The position numbers and the translations under genes are program-made. A DNA stretch of 63,998 nucleotides, the filler included, from Ministeria vibrans ATCC 50519 (Eukaryota; Protista; Filasterea): assembly GCA_943704425.1 (NCBI GenBank). It is 7 parts of 7 records of this genome, joined end to end, with 100 filler letters (N's around TTAATTAATTAA, not from the genome) between each part and the next. Parts side by side here need not be neighbours in the genome. Positions count along the whole stretch, not along the records: positions 28,381 to 44,845 come from CALSCP010000637.1; positions 44,946 to 52,357 come from CALSCP010000500.1; positions 52,458 to 53,660 come from CALSCP010000828.1; 4 more parts are not named here. One strand, given 5' to 3'. Below the pieces are notes generated by a model. That model did no database searches. It saw only the letters and a list, made by a program, of their open reading frames with translations, and was not told the DNA's origin. Of the stretch, positions 37,106 to 53,760 are shown in pieces (position 1 is the first letter of the stretch; the number at the start of each line of letters is the position of its first letter).

Positions 37106-38221
37106 ACGATGAAGAGAGAATGAGGGAGAGAGCGAGGACGATGAAGAAAGAACCAACAAAGTGCGAGAGACTCGGTTCTGACACCCAACCTTCACAATGT
37201 ATGATGTAGAATGTTCTCACTGCTGTCGCACCTCCTCGAGCACGCGGAGACAACCCTTGACGCACACGGCGGTCTTGTAGCTCACACTTCAACTCTCATC
37301 GAGTCTATCCTCCTTCCCAACTGCACCTGGCACAGTGGCCAGACAGCCTGTGCCATTCGCACTGCCGCCCTGTCTTCCCTCTGGTCCCTCCTACGACCCC
37401 TCCCTCCCTCCTCCACGTCGTCTCCCGCCCTACAACCCCTTCTTCCCCGCCTCCTCTCCACCCTCCTTGGCTGCATTGATGACCGTAGCTCACTCACCCG
37501 CTCCGTGGTCCTTCTCGTCCTTCAACGTCTCCTCCAAAGCACCTCTCTGACTCGTACGCTACGCTTCATGAGACTTTTTTCTCCATTCACATTTTTTTTG
37601 TTTGTTTCACGTTTTTTTTTTTTTTTCGTGGCCACAGCGGATCAACTGCACTCGCTCTACCCCGACCTCATCAAGCGCCTCGACGACCACGACGACCAGG
37701 TGCGCGTCGAGGCCATCCGGTCGTGCCGCCACTTCGTCTGCGCTCTTCCCTCCGACTACGACTCCTGCCTCTACGCCGCGCACCTGGACGCCCTCTTCTC
37801 TGCTCTCTTTGTTCATCTTGACGATCCAGACGAGTCAGTGCAGGTACGCATTGATGTTTGTGTTGGCGGTTAAGAGAAAAAAAAAGTTTGTTTTTGTGGT
37901 GGTGTTTCACTCTCTCTGAGTGTGTGGAAGTTGTGGGCGTAAACCGTGCGATGCGCAGCGACCACTGGTGTTGTATACGAGTGTTGTGTGTGGTGGACGG
38001 GCAAGGAAGGGCCTGTTGCGGTGTTTTGCGGTGCACCACGGAGGGGGCATATGGTGTCGTCTTCTCATCGTCGTTTTTCCCTCCAGGCGGGCGTGCTGGA
38101 GGCGCTGAAGGCTGCTGCGCCGCGGCATGCACAGGATATGGTGGAGCATGTTGCACAGGCGCGCACTCGCCATCGTACCATGGCGTATTTGGATGCACTG
38201 GAGGAGACAATGAAATCTTGA
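34610..38221 (+). CDS. DNAAF5: Dynein axonemal assembly factor 5 (HEATR2)
   Basis: DDNRSTRKRSL, DPLEKCRELS, EPSEEVRLELV, DPYPDIKK, WHSGQTACAIRTAA, YPDLIKRLDDHDDQVR, FVHLDDPD. Confidence 0.85.
35505..35795. repeat. Intronic CACACCACAAAGACACAC minisatellite; same family in reverse orientation at ~10500-10595
   Basis: Directly visible ~19-nt repeat units. Confidence 0.85.
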
Positions 38222-39816
38222 CAACTTTAAACATGTGAAAACCACCGAATCCACAGACGACATTCAATCGGTGACTGCTGAAGTGCCGATTGCTGAGTGA
38301 TGACGTGAGTGGTCGACAGACACGTGGTTCGGAGAGCGGGTGGAGACGCGACAGAGTCACGTTTGTTGCAAGTGCAGTTGTTGCATGTCCGCCTGTTGCT
38401 TCATCCTCTCCACGTGTAGCCGTTGCAGTCCTGTGTTCCCTTGGCAGAGTGACCAGACTGGGCAACTTCAGCGCTTCTTTCGAGCCATTCTGAGGACGAG
38501 TGATCTTTCACTAAAAATACAACGTCGGGCGTCATACAGTCGGCCTAAAGTCCAAATCAAGTACGATGATTAATATTATATCACTTTTTGGCGCAAAACA
38601 TCCGTTAGGCGCTCGATCACCCTATTTTACAATCCCAAAAGCCCTCCTGAACACTTTTGCGGGCCAAACACGCGAAGAAGTCGAGGGGAGACTGCCGAGA
38701 AAATAAACGAGCGAAGCTGACCGCTTTCGTCCAAGATCCCTCAGTAAGCACGCCCAAGCCCCGAAATTCTCACGGTGCCCTTGATGGCGGCACAAGCGCT
38801 GGTCTCGCAAGCGAAGAGGCCTGTATTAGTCGCATGCACGTTGTTTCGGGATATACATCGCACCACGCCAAAATGGCATTATCATCACAACTACGTCGTT
38901 TCGCCCGCCTTTCCGCCTGTCTTGCCTCCACCCGCCTGAATCATCCACACGCATAGTATTTCCTAAGAGAAGCGCGACCGCGAGCTATTTTTCTTGTCGT
39001 CTGTCGACGATAATTGTCTTTTTTTGGCGACCTGTGCTAATCAAGTGTGCTCAAAGCGACGCGCTCGCTCAGCCGCTGCTCCTGCCGCTGATCAAATCCC
39101 CCCTCCCACTCATTCTCCTCCCGAAATCACCTCCTGCGCAACCTCTGCGCACGTCGGGTGATAACCAAAGTGACTCTGTCGTCATAAAGAAAAAAAAAAT
39201 TCTATCGTTATCGTCTTTTTTTTTTGACATCTTCCCGCGCAACCCGCAATGGGTCCCTGGGATGCATTCTCGCGTGCGTGGATGGCAGCAGCGGGCCTGC
39301 GTGGGATCGTCGAGGCACACGCAGCGCAGTGCGGCGGCCTGTAAGCTCCCGTTGACGAAGGCTTCGTCATGGGTGTGGACCGCGAGCGCTCTTCAATCTC
39401 ATCGCGCCGTGTCTTTGGGTCTTGCCCCCCCCCTTATGGCGAGCGGGAGAACTTTCAACTCTAACAAGTCCTTACGCTGCCGTTGGCACGGTTTATGACA
39501 TTTTGGTTTTACTTTCGTTGTTAGTCGTTTTTTGTTGTTTTTTTTTGCTCTTTGTTTGCAACTTTTGAGTGCATGAGAGTGTTCTCGAGTCGTCCTTGAC
39601 ACATGTCAACGGATATACATGTATTTGCTTACGTTTGATCACAGAAAAGAAGAGAAAATCGGCACACAAAACAAACCCTTCCTTTGGAAGATCTAAAAAG
39701 GGTCTTTTCACCAGATCTATTGTTTGTCTGTTTCCGCTCTTGAATGGTTCAAAAGCAATGGAGAAGATGTCTAAAACACCAATAATTATATCGCATCGCT
39801 AACTTTCATTCTCTCT

Positions 39817-39860
<44 letters not shown>

Positions 39861-39865
39861 CGTTT

Positions 39866-40753
39866 GTGTGTGCGGTCAAAGTGCCACCGACATCACAGGC
39901 AAAGCCGTTTGTGTGCAGTGAATGCCCCGCACGCTTTTGCGCGCGCTGGCGATTGAAGCGTCACGTACGCACTCATGGCATTGAGCTGGAGGTGACGCCG
40001 GGACGTGAGCTGCGCCCTTGCTCTATGTGTCACAAAATGTACCGCTCGTACAAAACACTGCGTCAGCACATGTTTAGCGTGCACAATGTGGCGTTGGAGA
40101 GCGCAGGACGCACAAGTGGCAGTAGTCCAGGGGGAAGCAGCGGGGATGCGGCGCAGGACGACGACAACGACGAGGAGGTGGAAGAAGAAGAGGACGAGGA
40201 CGAGTCGCGGGAAGAGGAAGAGGAGGGCAACACTGAAACAGACACACGCTATGCAACCCCCTCCACCTCCTTCCAAACCCTCCCTCGAACCCAATCGGAG
40301 TCTCAAACAATGAAAGCTATCGGGCAGGTTCCCGATCGTCACCACCAGCTTCAGCGTCAGCAGCATGAGCGAAATATGCACCTCAAAAACGAACAACAAC
40401 AGCAGCAGCAACAGCAGCAGCAGCAGCAGCAGCAACAACAACAACAACAACAACATGACTTTTACCAGATGATTGGATTGCTTTCTTCCCGCATCGACGA
40501 GCTGCATCGTGAAATGCACTTCCTCAAACAACAACTCGCCAGCGCCCTGCAGCCCCAACTCCAATCGCACTACCCGCCTCCCTACAGCCATGTGATCTCC
40601 CACGCACCGTCCAGGAGTGCTGCTCCCTCCGTCCCTCCTCCTCCTCCTTCCATTCACACTTCACCGCCCCTTCCCCCTCCCCTTTCAGCCTACCCTCACT
40701 CCTCTCTTCCCCTCTCGACTCGCTGGACCCCCACTTCCTATATTTCCCAATGA
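39866..40753 (+). CDS. C2H2 zinc-finger transcription factor (2 fingers, acidic tract, polyQ, coiled coil, Pro-rich tail); 5' exon unresolved
   Basis: KPFVCSECPARF...LKRHVRTH and CSMCHKMY...LRQHMFSVH. Confidence 0.8.
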   Translation: MCAVKVPPTSQAKPFVCSECPARFCARWRLKRHVRTHGIELEVTPGRELRPCSMCHKMYRSYKTLRQHMFSVHNVALESAGRTSGSSPGGSSGDAAQDDDNDEEVEEEEDEDESREEEEEGNTETDTRYATPSTSFQTLPRTQSESQTMKAIGQVPDRHHQLQRQQHERNMHLKNEQQQQQQQQQQQQQQQQQQQQHDFYQMIGLLSSRIDELHREMHFLKQQLASALQPQLQSHYPPPYSHVISHAPSRSAAPSVPPPPPSIHTSPPLPPPLSAYPHSSLPLSTRWTPTSYISQ

Positions 40754-40996
40754 GTATCGCTTCTTTTCACTTTCTCCTCAATGTAACTCAAAACTGTACC
40801 ATTAGTCAATGATTGGCTTTTTTTCTACGCTTCCCTATCTCGATCAATTTATATCTGGCAGTTTTCAATAATTCTTATCAGTGACAATATTAATTTGATT
40901 CTTTTTCATTCTCAATACTAATCACAACACACACACACACACATTATTCTCACATTCAATCACGAACGCAAATAAAAAAGACAACAAAAAGAAGGT

Positions 40997-44009
<3,013 letters not shown>

Positions 44010-44353
44010 TCTTTTATATTTTGAGAGGGTTGAAAAAGAATAAAAAATAAAAAATATTCGGATTTCGGAAATAATAATAGAGTACTGGACCTCCATTGAA
44101 AGTTCCCTCGAAAGCCCATCCCGTTTCTCCCCATATTTTTATCCTCATAATCTAACACACAGTCACGACTCACGAGTCACGGACTCACGGCAACAAATAC
44201 AGTATTAGTACACCTGCCGCCCCAGCAGCCGACCCCGTCGCGCCTGAGTACAAAGGGAGAGCACAGCATGCGACCGCCCCGATTGCTTCTTCATTGCTTC
44301 AACCTTCCTTCAACCACGACTTCGACTTTACCCTCCTTGCCGACAGACTCCTT

Positions 44354-44535
44354 TGGTGTCAGAGTCCTAAGCCCCCACTGGAGGTATGGCGTACCATTGC
44401 GATTGCCTCACTGGGATAGCGGAAGGATAGCGACGACACAGCACACTGACCTGCCACTGTTCTCATGGGTGTTTCCTCTAAGTAGCTCCCTACTTAGCCT
44501 AGGGAGTTTCGGTTGAGTTTGCAAGGCGGGCTAAC
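44354..44535 (+). repeat. Dispersed non-coding element, copy B
   Basis: Homologous to the reverse complement of 6061-6288. Confidence 0.85.
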
Positions 44536-44702
44536 TGTGTTTTTGCGTGGTGACTGTATCATAAACTATCATTATGTATCCCTAACTAAGTAGGTACTTA
44601 GTCAGGATTCAGGAAGTCACTATTAATATTATTATTTTTGAATCATTCACCTTCTTTCATCTCTGCCCCTTTATCTCTTTCTCTTTCTCGCTCTCTTCGA
44701 TC

Positions 44703-44733
<31 letters not shown>

Positions 44734-44734
44734 G

Positions 44735-44845
<111 letters not shown>

Positions 44846-44953
44846 NNNNNNNNNNNNNNNNNNNNNNNNNNNNNNNNNNNNNNNNNNNNTTAATTAATTA
44901 ANNNNNNNNNNNNNNNNNNNNNNNNNNNNNNNNNNNNNNNNNNNNCTCTCTCT

Positions 44954-45033
<80 letters not shown>

Positions 45034-45043
45034 GGGTTCTTAC

Positions 45044-45494
45044 GGTCATCCGCGTGCACTACTTGGAAGTTTTTCACCGACGCAATTGTGACGCGCCCGT
45101 TGAAATTGAGCACGTATGATTCGGACGCTGCGAAGAGTAGAAATGCTTCAGATGGAGAGCAGACAGAATAGCATGATAGAGAGTGTAACCTTCGTTCCAA
45201 GATGGGCTCTTGTTCTGAAGGACAATGAGGTTGAGCATGTCGGTGGGTGTGCCGCGCTTGTGCCTCTCAATAATGGTCTGGCGGTCTGAGCGGGGCTGGA
45301 CAGGAACACGCTGGGCTGCATCGGCCGCCATGCCTGGAATGACCACGGTCATGGTGCGCGGGCCTCGGAACCCCAGCACGTTGGTCCCGTACACTACTGC
45401 ACCCAGCTCCTCCCGGATGTTGGATCCGTCGGGGAGCACAGTGTCTGATAACAAACAGACAGACAGACAGAAAGAACGACAAAAAAAGAAACAA

Positions 45495-45556
<62 letters not shown>

Positions 45557-46815
45557 AGGAAGAGATGATGATGTCTCGCGTGTGCTGACCTTTTGAGGGA
45601 TTTTCTCCATTGTCAAAGATAGTAAAGGCCGTTCCGACAAAATTTGCGCGCACTTTCCCAACGAAACTGTCGTCGGAACGTGAGAGCTCGTCGCGACTGA
45701 GTGACATAATATAGTTGCTGGTGGTCGACTTTTTGCGCTTGCGGGCGGCAAGCAAGTGCGTCAGCTCCTCTCCCTGCGCGCAAGAGTGCCATTGCAGCAC
45801 AGAAAAGTTAAAAAAAAGGGTGCGAGTTAATTGGACGTACCTCTTCGAGATAAAGAGTGTACACGGGGTAGCGCCCCTGTTTGTCACGCACGATGCGACA
45901 GTGTACGACGCGCCCCTTTTGCGCGGGGTTCTTGACAAACTCGGTGACCCTGTCGGGTGTTACCACCAACGGTGCAAGCTTTTTTGCTGTCTTCGACCTG
46001 AGACTTGCGGCGCTGCTGCTCATACTAACCGTCTCAGGAGCAATCAATGCCTCCAGATCGCCCGGTTTCAACTCTGAGTCGTCCCATGTCTCACTCAGCG
46101 CTCGGCTTGTCTGTTTGCTTGCTATCCGGCTTCCCCCTTGCAGTGTCCCTCGCCCACCCTGCACCGACGATGCCATCGTACTGGCTCCGTCCGAGTCACT
46201 GTCAGGGTCGTAAGCGGGCGCAATTCCCCGCTCTTGCAGGTGCCGCACCGACTTCTTCGGCATCGACTCATCTACGAAATCGTCGTCGCTTGCATCGTGC
46301 CCATGCTCACCACCGCCTGCGCCTTCCTGCAGTGTATTCGGATTAGGCGCCGAGACTGTCCTCGATGCCTCTGCGCGCGTCGACGACGGGCCGTTCGCGA
46401 GCAGTTGGCGTCGTCGCTTAGCACTGGCAGAAACGGGCCTTGCGCCTGCGCGCGAGCCTCCCTTCGACATGCTACTGGTCAGTGCACCGCCTCCTTGCTG
46501 TCGCTGTCGCCGCTTCTCCTTTTCAATCTGTCGTTGCTTTTCGAGCTTGTCCTGGCGCAGCCGATCGCTGCGGCTTTTCCTGTTACATTATTATTGTTAT
46601 TATTCTTATTTTTCAAAAAAACCAAAACACACAGATTTCAGGATGGGCAATGGTTTGTCAGACGCGCACGCAAAAGACGGGAGGCGACGATAAAGAGAAG
46701 GCAAAGCGCGGAGTGTGGGGTGCGGAGGAGAGACCGATGCCGGCAGTGAATGTCAGTGGCGTGTGACGTAAAGTGATGCGTACAGTTCCTCATCGGAGTG
46801 GCCGCTTGAAGACAT
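45044..46815 (-). CDS. TULP: Tubby/TULP protein, 3' truncated at scaffold end
   Basis: [12 protein letters not shown]-terminal helix; [55 protein letters not shown]. Confidence 0.92.
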
Positions 46816-47193
46816 TGGTTCAGCGTTGGAGCAGCAAAGATCAGAGCAATACTAATTACTATACGGCTACAGAGCACAGGCAGATTAAGATGGAGGCTTC
46901 AGGAAATTGTGAAATCAATAATAATTTAGTCGATCTAATAATTTATTCTCACGTCGTTCATTGCAACATAAATTGAGAGTGTGATTGAGAGAGAATTAAG
47001 CATTTTGTATGAGCATGAGAAAATACCCGCCTTGTTTTTTAAAAGGTGGGAAAGGTGGCAGCGCAATGAAATAAAGACGTGTCGTACTATTCATAATCAT
47101 CACAATAAGCATCATTATTATTTGTACACAAGAAGACACACACAGTCAAGAAAGAAAGAAAGAAAAAGAAGGCAAAGAGAAACGGAGTGACGC

Positions 47194-48862
47194 TCAAAAT
47201 GAAGGTTTAGGGAAAGTGCGGTCCTTGGCGAGGACAAGAGTAGGACCGGCATGGTGGATGTAGCCGCGGACGAGCTTCTGGTGGATAAGGGTCGCCACGA
47301 CGCACTCAATCTCGTCCATTGCCATGTCGGATCCTGCAATGCGCAGCGCCACGGCAAATTGCTCTAGCGCTAGTTTGGTGCTGTTGGCCGCGTTGAGTTG
47401 GCCGTTAATCGTGTGTCTGTGCAGAAAAGTGTGTTGGTCGCGTCTCATTTGTGTGTTGTGTCTTACACTCGTTTAAGGAGGTTTCGATAGGCAAAAATGC
47501 GGAGTTTCTCAAGGATTAAGTAGATACCGGATCGCACAAAAGTGACTTGGTGGGCGGCAAGGGCGTCGTTGAGCTGAGTGAGGTTGCCGGAGCGCACTGC
47601 GGCGACAATGGGGATGAACTCGGTGCGGCCATGTCGCGTGAGCAACTCCGTCGATGGAAACGACCCCAGTGACAACCGTGCCGCAAGAAGGTACAACAGA
47701 ATCGTACCTGAAGAAAATGAGAGTAAGCATGCATCTCTCTATCACTGTGTTTCTTTCTCCCCTCTATTACTTTGTTTCTTTCGCCCCTCTCTCTACTTGT
47801 TTCTTTCTCCCCTCTATCACTTTGTTTCTTTCGCCCCTCTCTCTACTTGTTTCTTTCTCCCTCTATATCACTTTGGTTCTTTCACCCCCCTCTCTATTTG
47901 GTTCTTTCTCTCAATGTGCGTGCATACTCTTGTTGTGGGATGCGGTGCGGTGGCAGCGACGGAAGGCAGCGCCCAGTCGCTGCACTGCCTTGCTGTAGTT
48001 GCCGTCGTAGAGCGCCAGACGTCCGGTAAAGTAGTTGTATGTCACTTGTTCGCTTGCTGGAAATTGCGCCAGAGGCAGAAAAGACGGTCCATCAATTGCC
48101 TAAAAAGACATCCCCCCCAAAATAAAATAAAATATAACAAACTCAAAACAGCGGTAGATTCGTCGAGATCGTACTCTAGTGAGTTGTGTGACAAGAGTAA
48201 GATTGTTGGTGCGAAAAAAGAGATGGAAGAGGTGGTTGGCCACGGCCACGGCACCCCATTTCTTGGAGGTTTCGTTGGACGAGCGGTCGTTGAAGGACTT
48301 GGTGAAGGCACTGCGCAGCTGGCCAACGACGTCCGTGATGCGGTTGAGCGTCTTCCCGCCTGCCGTGTGCGTCAGCTTGTTCTGGTCCAGTTGTCGCTGG
48401 GCACGCACCGCAACGTGCCTCAGGGACGCCAGCGATCGTTTGAGAAGCGGCAACAGCCAAAAGGTGTCGTCGTCTTCGTACAGTCTCAAAAGAGCCAAAA
48501 CACCTTTGTCGAGCTGCACAAAGGCCGCGTCGTCATCGTCACCCTGCCGGAGAAAGACACAGCACGCAATGTGTCCGAGGCACACCTCGTCAAAGGGCGC
48601 CGTCAGGCCGCGTGTGTGTCCAATGGCAGCGGCCACCACATCGCCGATGATGGTTTCGTCGCCACGGATTGTCTGAGCCACCTTCTCCGCCGCCGACCCC
48701 ATGGCCGCCCCGTCCAGTCGCAGAAGCGACACTATCGCTGCAGAATCACGTCGATTGAACGCAACGGCGCACTGCAATGCACAAGAGAACGTTTGCTTGA
48801 GACTCTCTCACAGTAAAGCGCATCAGACGAACTTGTTGCAGGTATGCCGAGAGTGACGACAT
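47194..48862 (-). CDS. PCID2: PCI domain-containing protein 2 (PCID2/Thp1/Csn12)
   Basis: SKKWGAVAVANHLFHLFF, VTYNYFTGR, GIYLILEKLR...YRNLLKR, DEIECVVATLIHQKLVRGYIHH. Confidence 0.9.
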
Positions 48863-49220
48863 GCACACGATGAAAGAGTCCACGCAGCTACCGACTGACA
48901 CCGAAACAATGAAAGTGAGTAAATGATTATAATAATTTGTTAGTTGTTTGTTGTTGGTACAGGTCATTTGTCGCATCTGTCCTCTTGTCGTCGCCAGCTT
49001 TGTTGAATGTCGACTGCTGCTTTGCACTATTTGCAGTATTTTGTTGATCATTGGTAGTGTGGGATAGTGTCATTTAACAGCAATTTCCTTATTCATCATT
49101 CGTGAATAAGTTTGCTTTCTCTCTTAATCTCGTTTGTGATCCGTGAGTGAAAGTTTAAAAGTTTTTCAGATTTTTATACGTCATCGAGTTTTGATCGCAA
49201 AAACTCAGAGTCCACACGGA

Positions 49221-52200
49221 ATGGCGGACGAGTGTAGCGGGGACGGAAACGATGCACCGCCTACACCTCGCTCGCCCGCAGCGCGACCGCAGCCGGGATT
49301 AGGTAGGGAAAGGGCAAGTTCGCATTGACCTTAGCTGAGCCCAGTCGCCTGCACTTGCTTGGAATCCCTCTCGTGTCGCCTGCAGACATCCTCCTGCGCC
49401 ATTTCCAGCCCTCTGCTCACTACCCATGTCTCCTGCGATCTCCCCTCCCCCGAGAACAGTCTCATTTCTCCCTCTACTTTCCTTTCTTTCCCTTTCTTTT
49501 TTTTTCCTCTTTCTGTCTTTTTTTTCGGCGAGTGCCTTGGTCACAGTGGCGCGTGAGGGGATCTTGCGAATGGTGNNNNNNNNNNGAGTTTCAAGCCAAC
49601 CCGGCCGGACGTTTGCGATCTATCGCCGTTTGTTTACGGACCGTTGAAAAACCCGAACTCACATCACAACTTCGCCTTGTTCGTAGCTGTCTCGTCCCCG
49701 TCTAATACGCAGATGGACGATCCTCGCAAACGGTCGTATGCCTATGCCATTTCCGGGGCGATCTTCGGCGCAGACGCGTCAGCAGCAACGGCGTTGCGAC
49801 GCAGGCCGATGAGCGCCGTCGAGCCCCTTCGCGCGCCACCCACGCCGACGCCTCCGCCCCCTGCCCACCCCACTCCCATTCTGCTAACCACCGAATCCCT
49901 CCCGTCGTCGCCCACGCCCGACAGCTCTATTCGCTCGCCGCCCAGTCGTTCGCCGTCGACTTCGCGCCGTCGCGTTCTCGGATTGCCATCGTTCCGAAAA
50001 CGACGCGATTCAGAGGCAAGCGCACGCTCTTCTGACACTGCTCCTGCGTCGCCCGCAACGCAAAATAAGCCCTGTCAACTTGCCGACGTCAAGTCGATGC
50101 TCAACACGGGCATCAGCGTGACAAGCATGTCTTCAGACGAAGCCGACAACGTCAACAACGATAGCGACACCAATGCGAACGCTGACTTGTCTTTGCCCAA
50201 ATTCCACAACGCTGACGACGACGACCCTGACAATAACAACAATGCCTTCAGTGACGCGGCTGCCGAGGCTGCCGCTACCACCACCACGGCCATTACAGAT
50301 GTGGTAGCACCAGAAGTCGCTTCATTTCTCGCCACTGGGGCCGCCGTGTCAAGCGACGAAACAGACGCAACCTCTCCCCTTGTCACCCTCAAGGGTGCGA
50401 GCAACGAAGCCCTTGCCATCCCAATCAACAATTTACCGCCCGGTGAACACACCATGTCCATTCAGTCTTACTCCAAAGAACCCTATGCGGCGCGGCGTGC
50501 TTCGCTCGTCTCGCGCACCATCAGTCCACCCCAGCATCGCAGCAGCTTTGACGGTCTTCTCTTGCCCGAGGAAGCCATTCCACAGTCGCCGCAAAGTGAC
50601 CCCACGCCTCGCCGTCGCCCGCGACCTCTTGAGGAGTCGTCTGGCAGCGACTTTGCCCACTCCATTTATGATTCGTTTGACCAGGCCAAGACGGGCTTCT
50701 CCAGTCGTAGCAGCGGCAGCAACACCAGCAGTCTGAGTGGTGCAGCGGTGATCAGCACAGTTAAAGCAACCGTACCACACAGCAGCAACAGCAGTGGTGG
50801 TGGCAGCGGCGGCAGCGGTAGCAGCAAGGACGGGGTGGTGCTGGTGAGTTCGGCCAAGGTACGGCGTGTGAGCCTGTGCACGACATCGACCCTGCCCTCG
50901 TCGTTCATGGCAGCGTCGGCGTCATCGTCGCCTGACATTTCTGCGGGCGATTCACGCACACACATGTCCAGCAAATCTCTCAAAGCTGGCTCTTCGTCGT
51001 CAAGTGACATGCCTCCCGTCCGCAGGACTGATTCTGCGACCCTTCCAAGCGGTGGTGGTAGCACCGTCAGCATTGGTGGCAGCGCCACAACTGTGGTGCG
51101 TCAGCCCATTGCCATTGATCCAAGATTAAGAAAAAGTTCTACTCCGCACTCAATGGCGTCGTCATCGGGCGCCTCTAGCCCACTGCGCACTGCCGCTACT
51201 GCTGCTGCTGCGGTTGGTGGAGCTGGCGGTCTTCAGAAGGCGGTTACTCGGCGTTCGGCGGCACCTCGCTCGGCGACGTTTGTACAGGCGGCCAAACCCG
51301 AACGTGCCATGGGATTCGAGTCACTGGAAGACCCCACTCCTGAGGTCATTGAGGCGGTGGTGGCGCTGCAAGATACCAACGTGGAACCCTTTATGGAGGA
51401 AGCAGAGGCATTGCGTCGGGCGTCGGCCGAGATGGTCGTTGCCGTTGCACGGAAGCAGCCGAATTCGGCGCACGCAAGACCTCTCAGTTCGTCGTCGCCG
51501 AATCTTCGCTCGCGAGTCATCCTTTCAGACCTAAAACGCACGCAGAGTGACGAGGATGTGTTTGTGGTGGGTGCGACGGCAGGATTGGTGGACACGGATG
51601 CTGACGACGACGACTATGTGGTCGAACGGAGCAACCGCAGTCCGGGCGCCATTCGCGTGCATCACCAAGTGCTCATTAGTGCTAATGCGGCGGAACAGCT
51701 CAGACTCGCCAACAAGGCACCGAGTCTCACGTCTATCCCGGACGTGATTGATGGCGCCGGAACTATCATTTCCGAGCCGGGTCTGTCGCTGTTGGCCAGT
51801 CACCAGGCTGGCCACGACGACGACGACGGTGGCAGTGAAGTAGACGTTGGCAGTGGTGTCAATAGTAGTGGGGCGTCTAAGAAGGAGGGTAGCGTTGTCT
51901 CTCGTACGTACTCGGGTTACGACAAGATGATGCGTGCGCGCGCCAACACCGTCTCGTCCGTGGCGACGCTCGAGGCAGCCTCAGCGCTTCCCCGCCCCCC
52001 CATCTCACCCATGGCACGCGGCAACGCACACATGTCACAGCCGCACTTGTACACCTCGCACTCGTCCTCGTCTGTTCCCGTCACTCCACCTCCCGCCACC
52101 TCTGTTGTGCTGGGCCGCGTTCCTGGTCGCTGCTCCGAGAGTAGCGCCTCATCCAGCCCGAAGAACCTCTTCAAAATTCGCTCGCGTGTCATGTCTTGGA

Positions 52201-52227
52201 GCACCACCAACCAACAATCACAAAAGG
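49221..52227 (+). CDS. Large Ser/Pro-rich low-complexity protein, N-terminal part (truncated at scaffold end)
   Basis: Exon of ~2.5 kb open frame with coding-like composition. No globular domain recognised. Confidence 0.65.
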
Positions 52228-52249
52228 TGCGAAATAGGAAAAAAGAAGA

Positions 52250-52357
<108 letters not shown>

Positions 52358-52457
52358 NNNNNNNNNNNNNNNNNNNNNNNNNNNNNNNNNNNNNNNNNNN
52401 NTTAATTAATTAANNNNNNNNNNNNNNNNNNNNNNNNNNNNNNNNNNNNNNNNNNNN

Positions 52458-53660
52458 TGTAGCCGGTGGGGCACTCGGTGGTACCAGGCAACTCAAAGAC
52501 GTCCACGCCACTGTCGACGGAGCAAACAGCGCAAGGAATGCCACGGCCGTAGAGAGGCAAGAGACTCGACGTGCCCTGCGACGACTGCCAGAAGTAGCGC
52601 GAGAAGTAGATGTAGGCGTTGCTGCTGGCAGCTGTCGTGAAATCATGGTAGGTAGGGTCACTTGTGAGACAGACAGGCTCGGCCAGGGAACCACGGTGGT
52701 TGTAGTACGATGTGGACATGTCACCGACCAGCACCACGGTTGTGTTGGGGGGACAGGTACGTGTGCCCCAACGTGTGAAAGTGGGTTCGTGCGCGGATAC
52801 CTGAGGCGGCGTGGCCAGTACGTTGATGCCAACTTCGACGGGTGCAGACCACATGCCACCCGACCTGGCCTGAACCATCACGGTGAAATTGGTGTTGCCA
52901 TCGCTCTCGGGCAGAGTGACGTCCGCCTTGACGACCAGCTGACCGGGTGTCGTTGACGAGAACTCAAAGAGATCCGACGAGTTGGCCAGACGCCACTCCT
53001 TGACGGCCGATGTCCACGTCGCCGCATTGGCCTGTCGCGAAAACGCAACTTGAGGTTCGGGAATGCTCGAGATTGAAAAGTCATCAATCTACAAAGACAA
53101 TGACAAAAAAAAAAGATTATCAGTAAAACGGATGAGGGTGTGACGTATTAGGTTTAAGGCTCACCCAAAATTCGTCTGTGAATCCCGTGGCGAGATTGCT
53201 GCTGCCCGGGTGGAACTTGATGCCCGAGATCTGATGAACACCGGTGCCGATGAGAATGTCGAGCTGGGCGTCGAGGTTCTTGCACTCGTAGTGCCAGGCA
53301 TTGTCGTCGAGGACTTCGGTCCAGAAGGCACGTCGCGAGTAGATGGAGGGTGATTCTGTCTCGGTCATGACCATGGAGTACCAGGTGCCGCTGATGAGAA
53401 GAAGCATGTTGGTTTTGGTGCCCGGCGGGATTTTGTAGGCCATGCAGATGAAGGGGAAGTCGTTGGTGTCGTAGCCAGCGGCCGTCTGGTCAGTTTCAAG
53501 GCCTTGCGAGCCGACAAAGTTGACGCCCCAGTTGCCTTCGGTCAGATGCATCGAGTAGGTGCCGCTAAAGGCAGTTGTCGAGCTAATGGTCGGTGCAGCA
53601 CCAAACTCACCGGCAAGCCACGCGTCGCTCGAGCCGGGACCGCCCTCAAAGGTGTCAAGG
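52458..53660 (-). CDS. Internal fragment of a large extracellular protein: jelly-roll/CBM-like + cadherin/Ig-like + short-chain collagen C4-like domain
   Basis: DDNAWHYEC...EFW|IDDFSIS; LFEFSSTTPGQLVV...FTVMVQARS...VGINV; FTRWGTRTCP...VCLTSDPTY...IPCAVC...LPGTTECPTGY. Confidence 0.7.
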
Positions 53661-53760
53661 NNNNNNNNNNNNNNNNNNNNNNNNNNNNNNNNNNNNNNNN
53701 NNNNTTAATTAATTAANNNNNNNNNNNNNNNNNNNNNNNNNNNNNNNNNNNNNNNNNNNN

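Noticed and set aside
44354-44535. HDV-like, pistol or hammerhead ribozyme, or RNase MRP, identity for the dispersed element
   Set aside because: GGCTAAC and GGGGCTTA resemble fragments of these motifs, but the required P1/P3/L3, CUGAUGA or CR-I elements could not be found in both copies.
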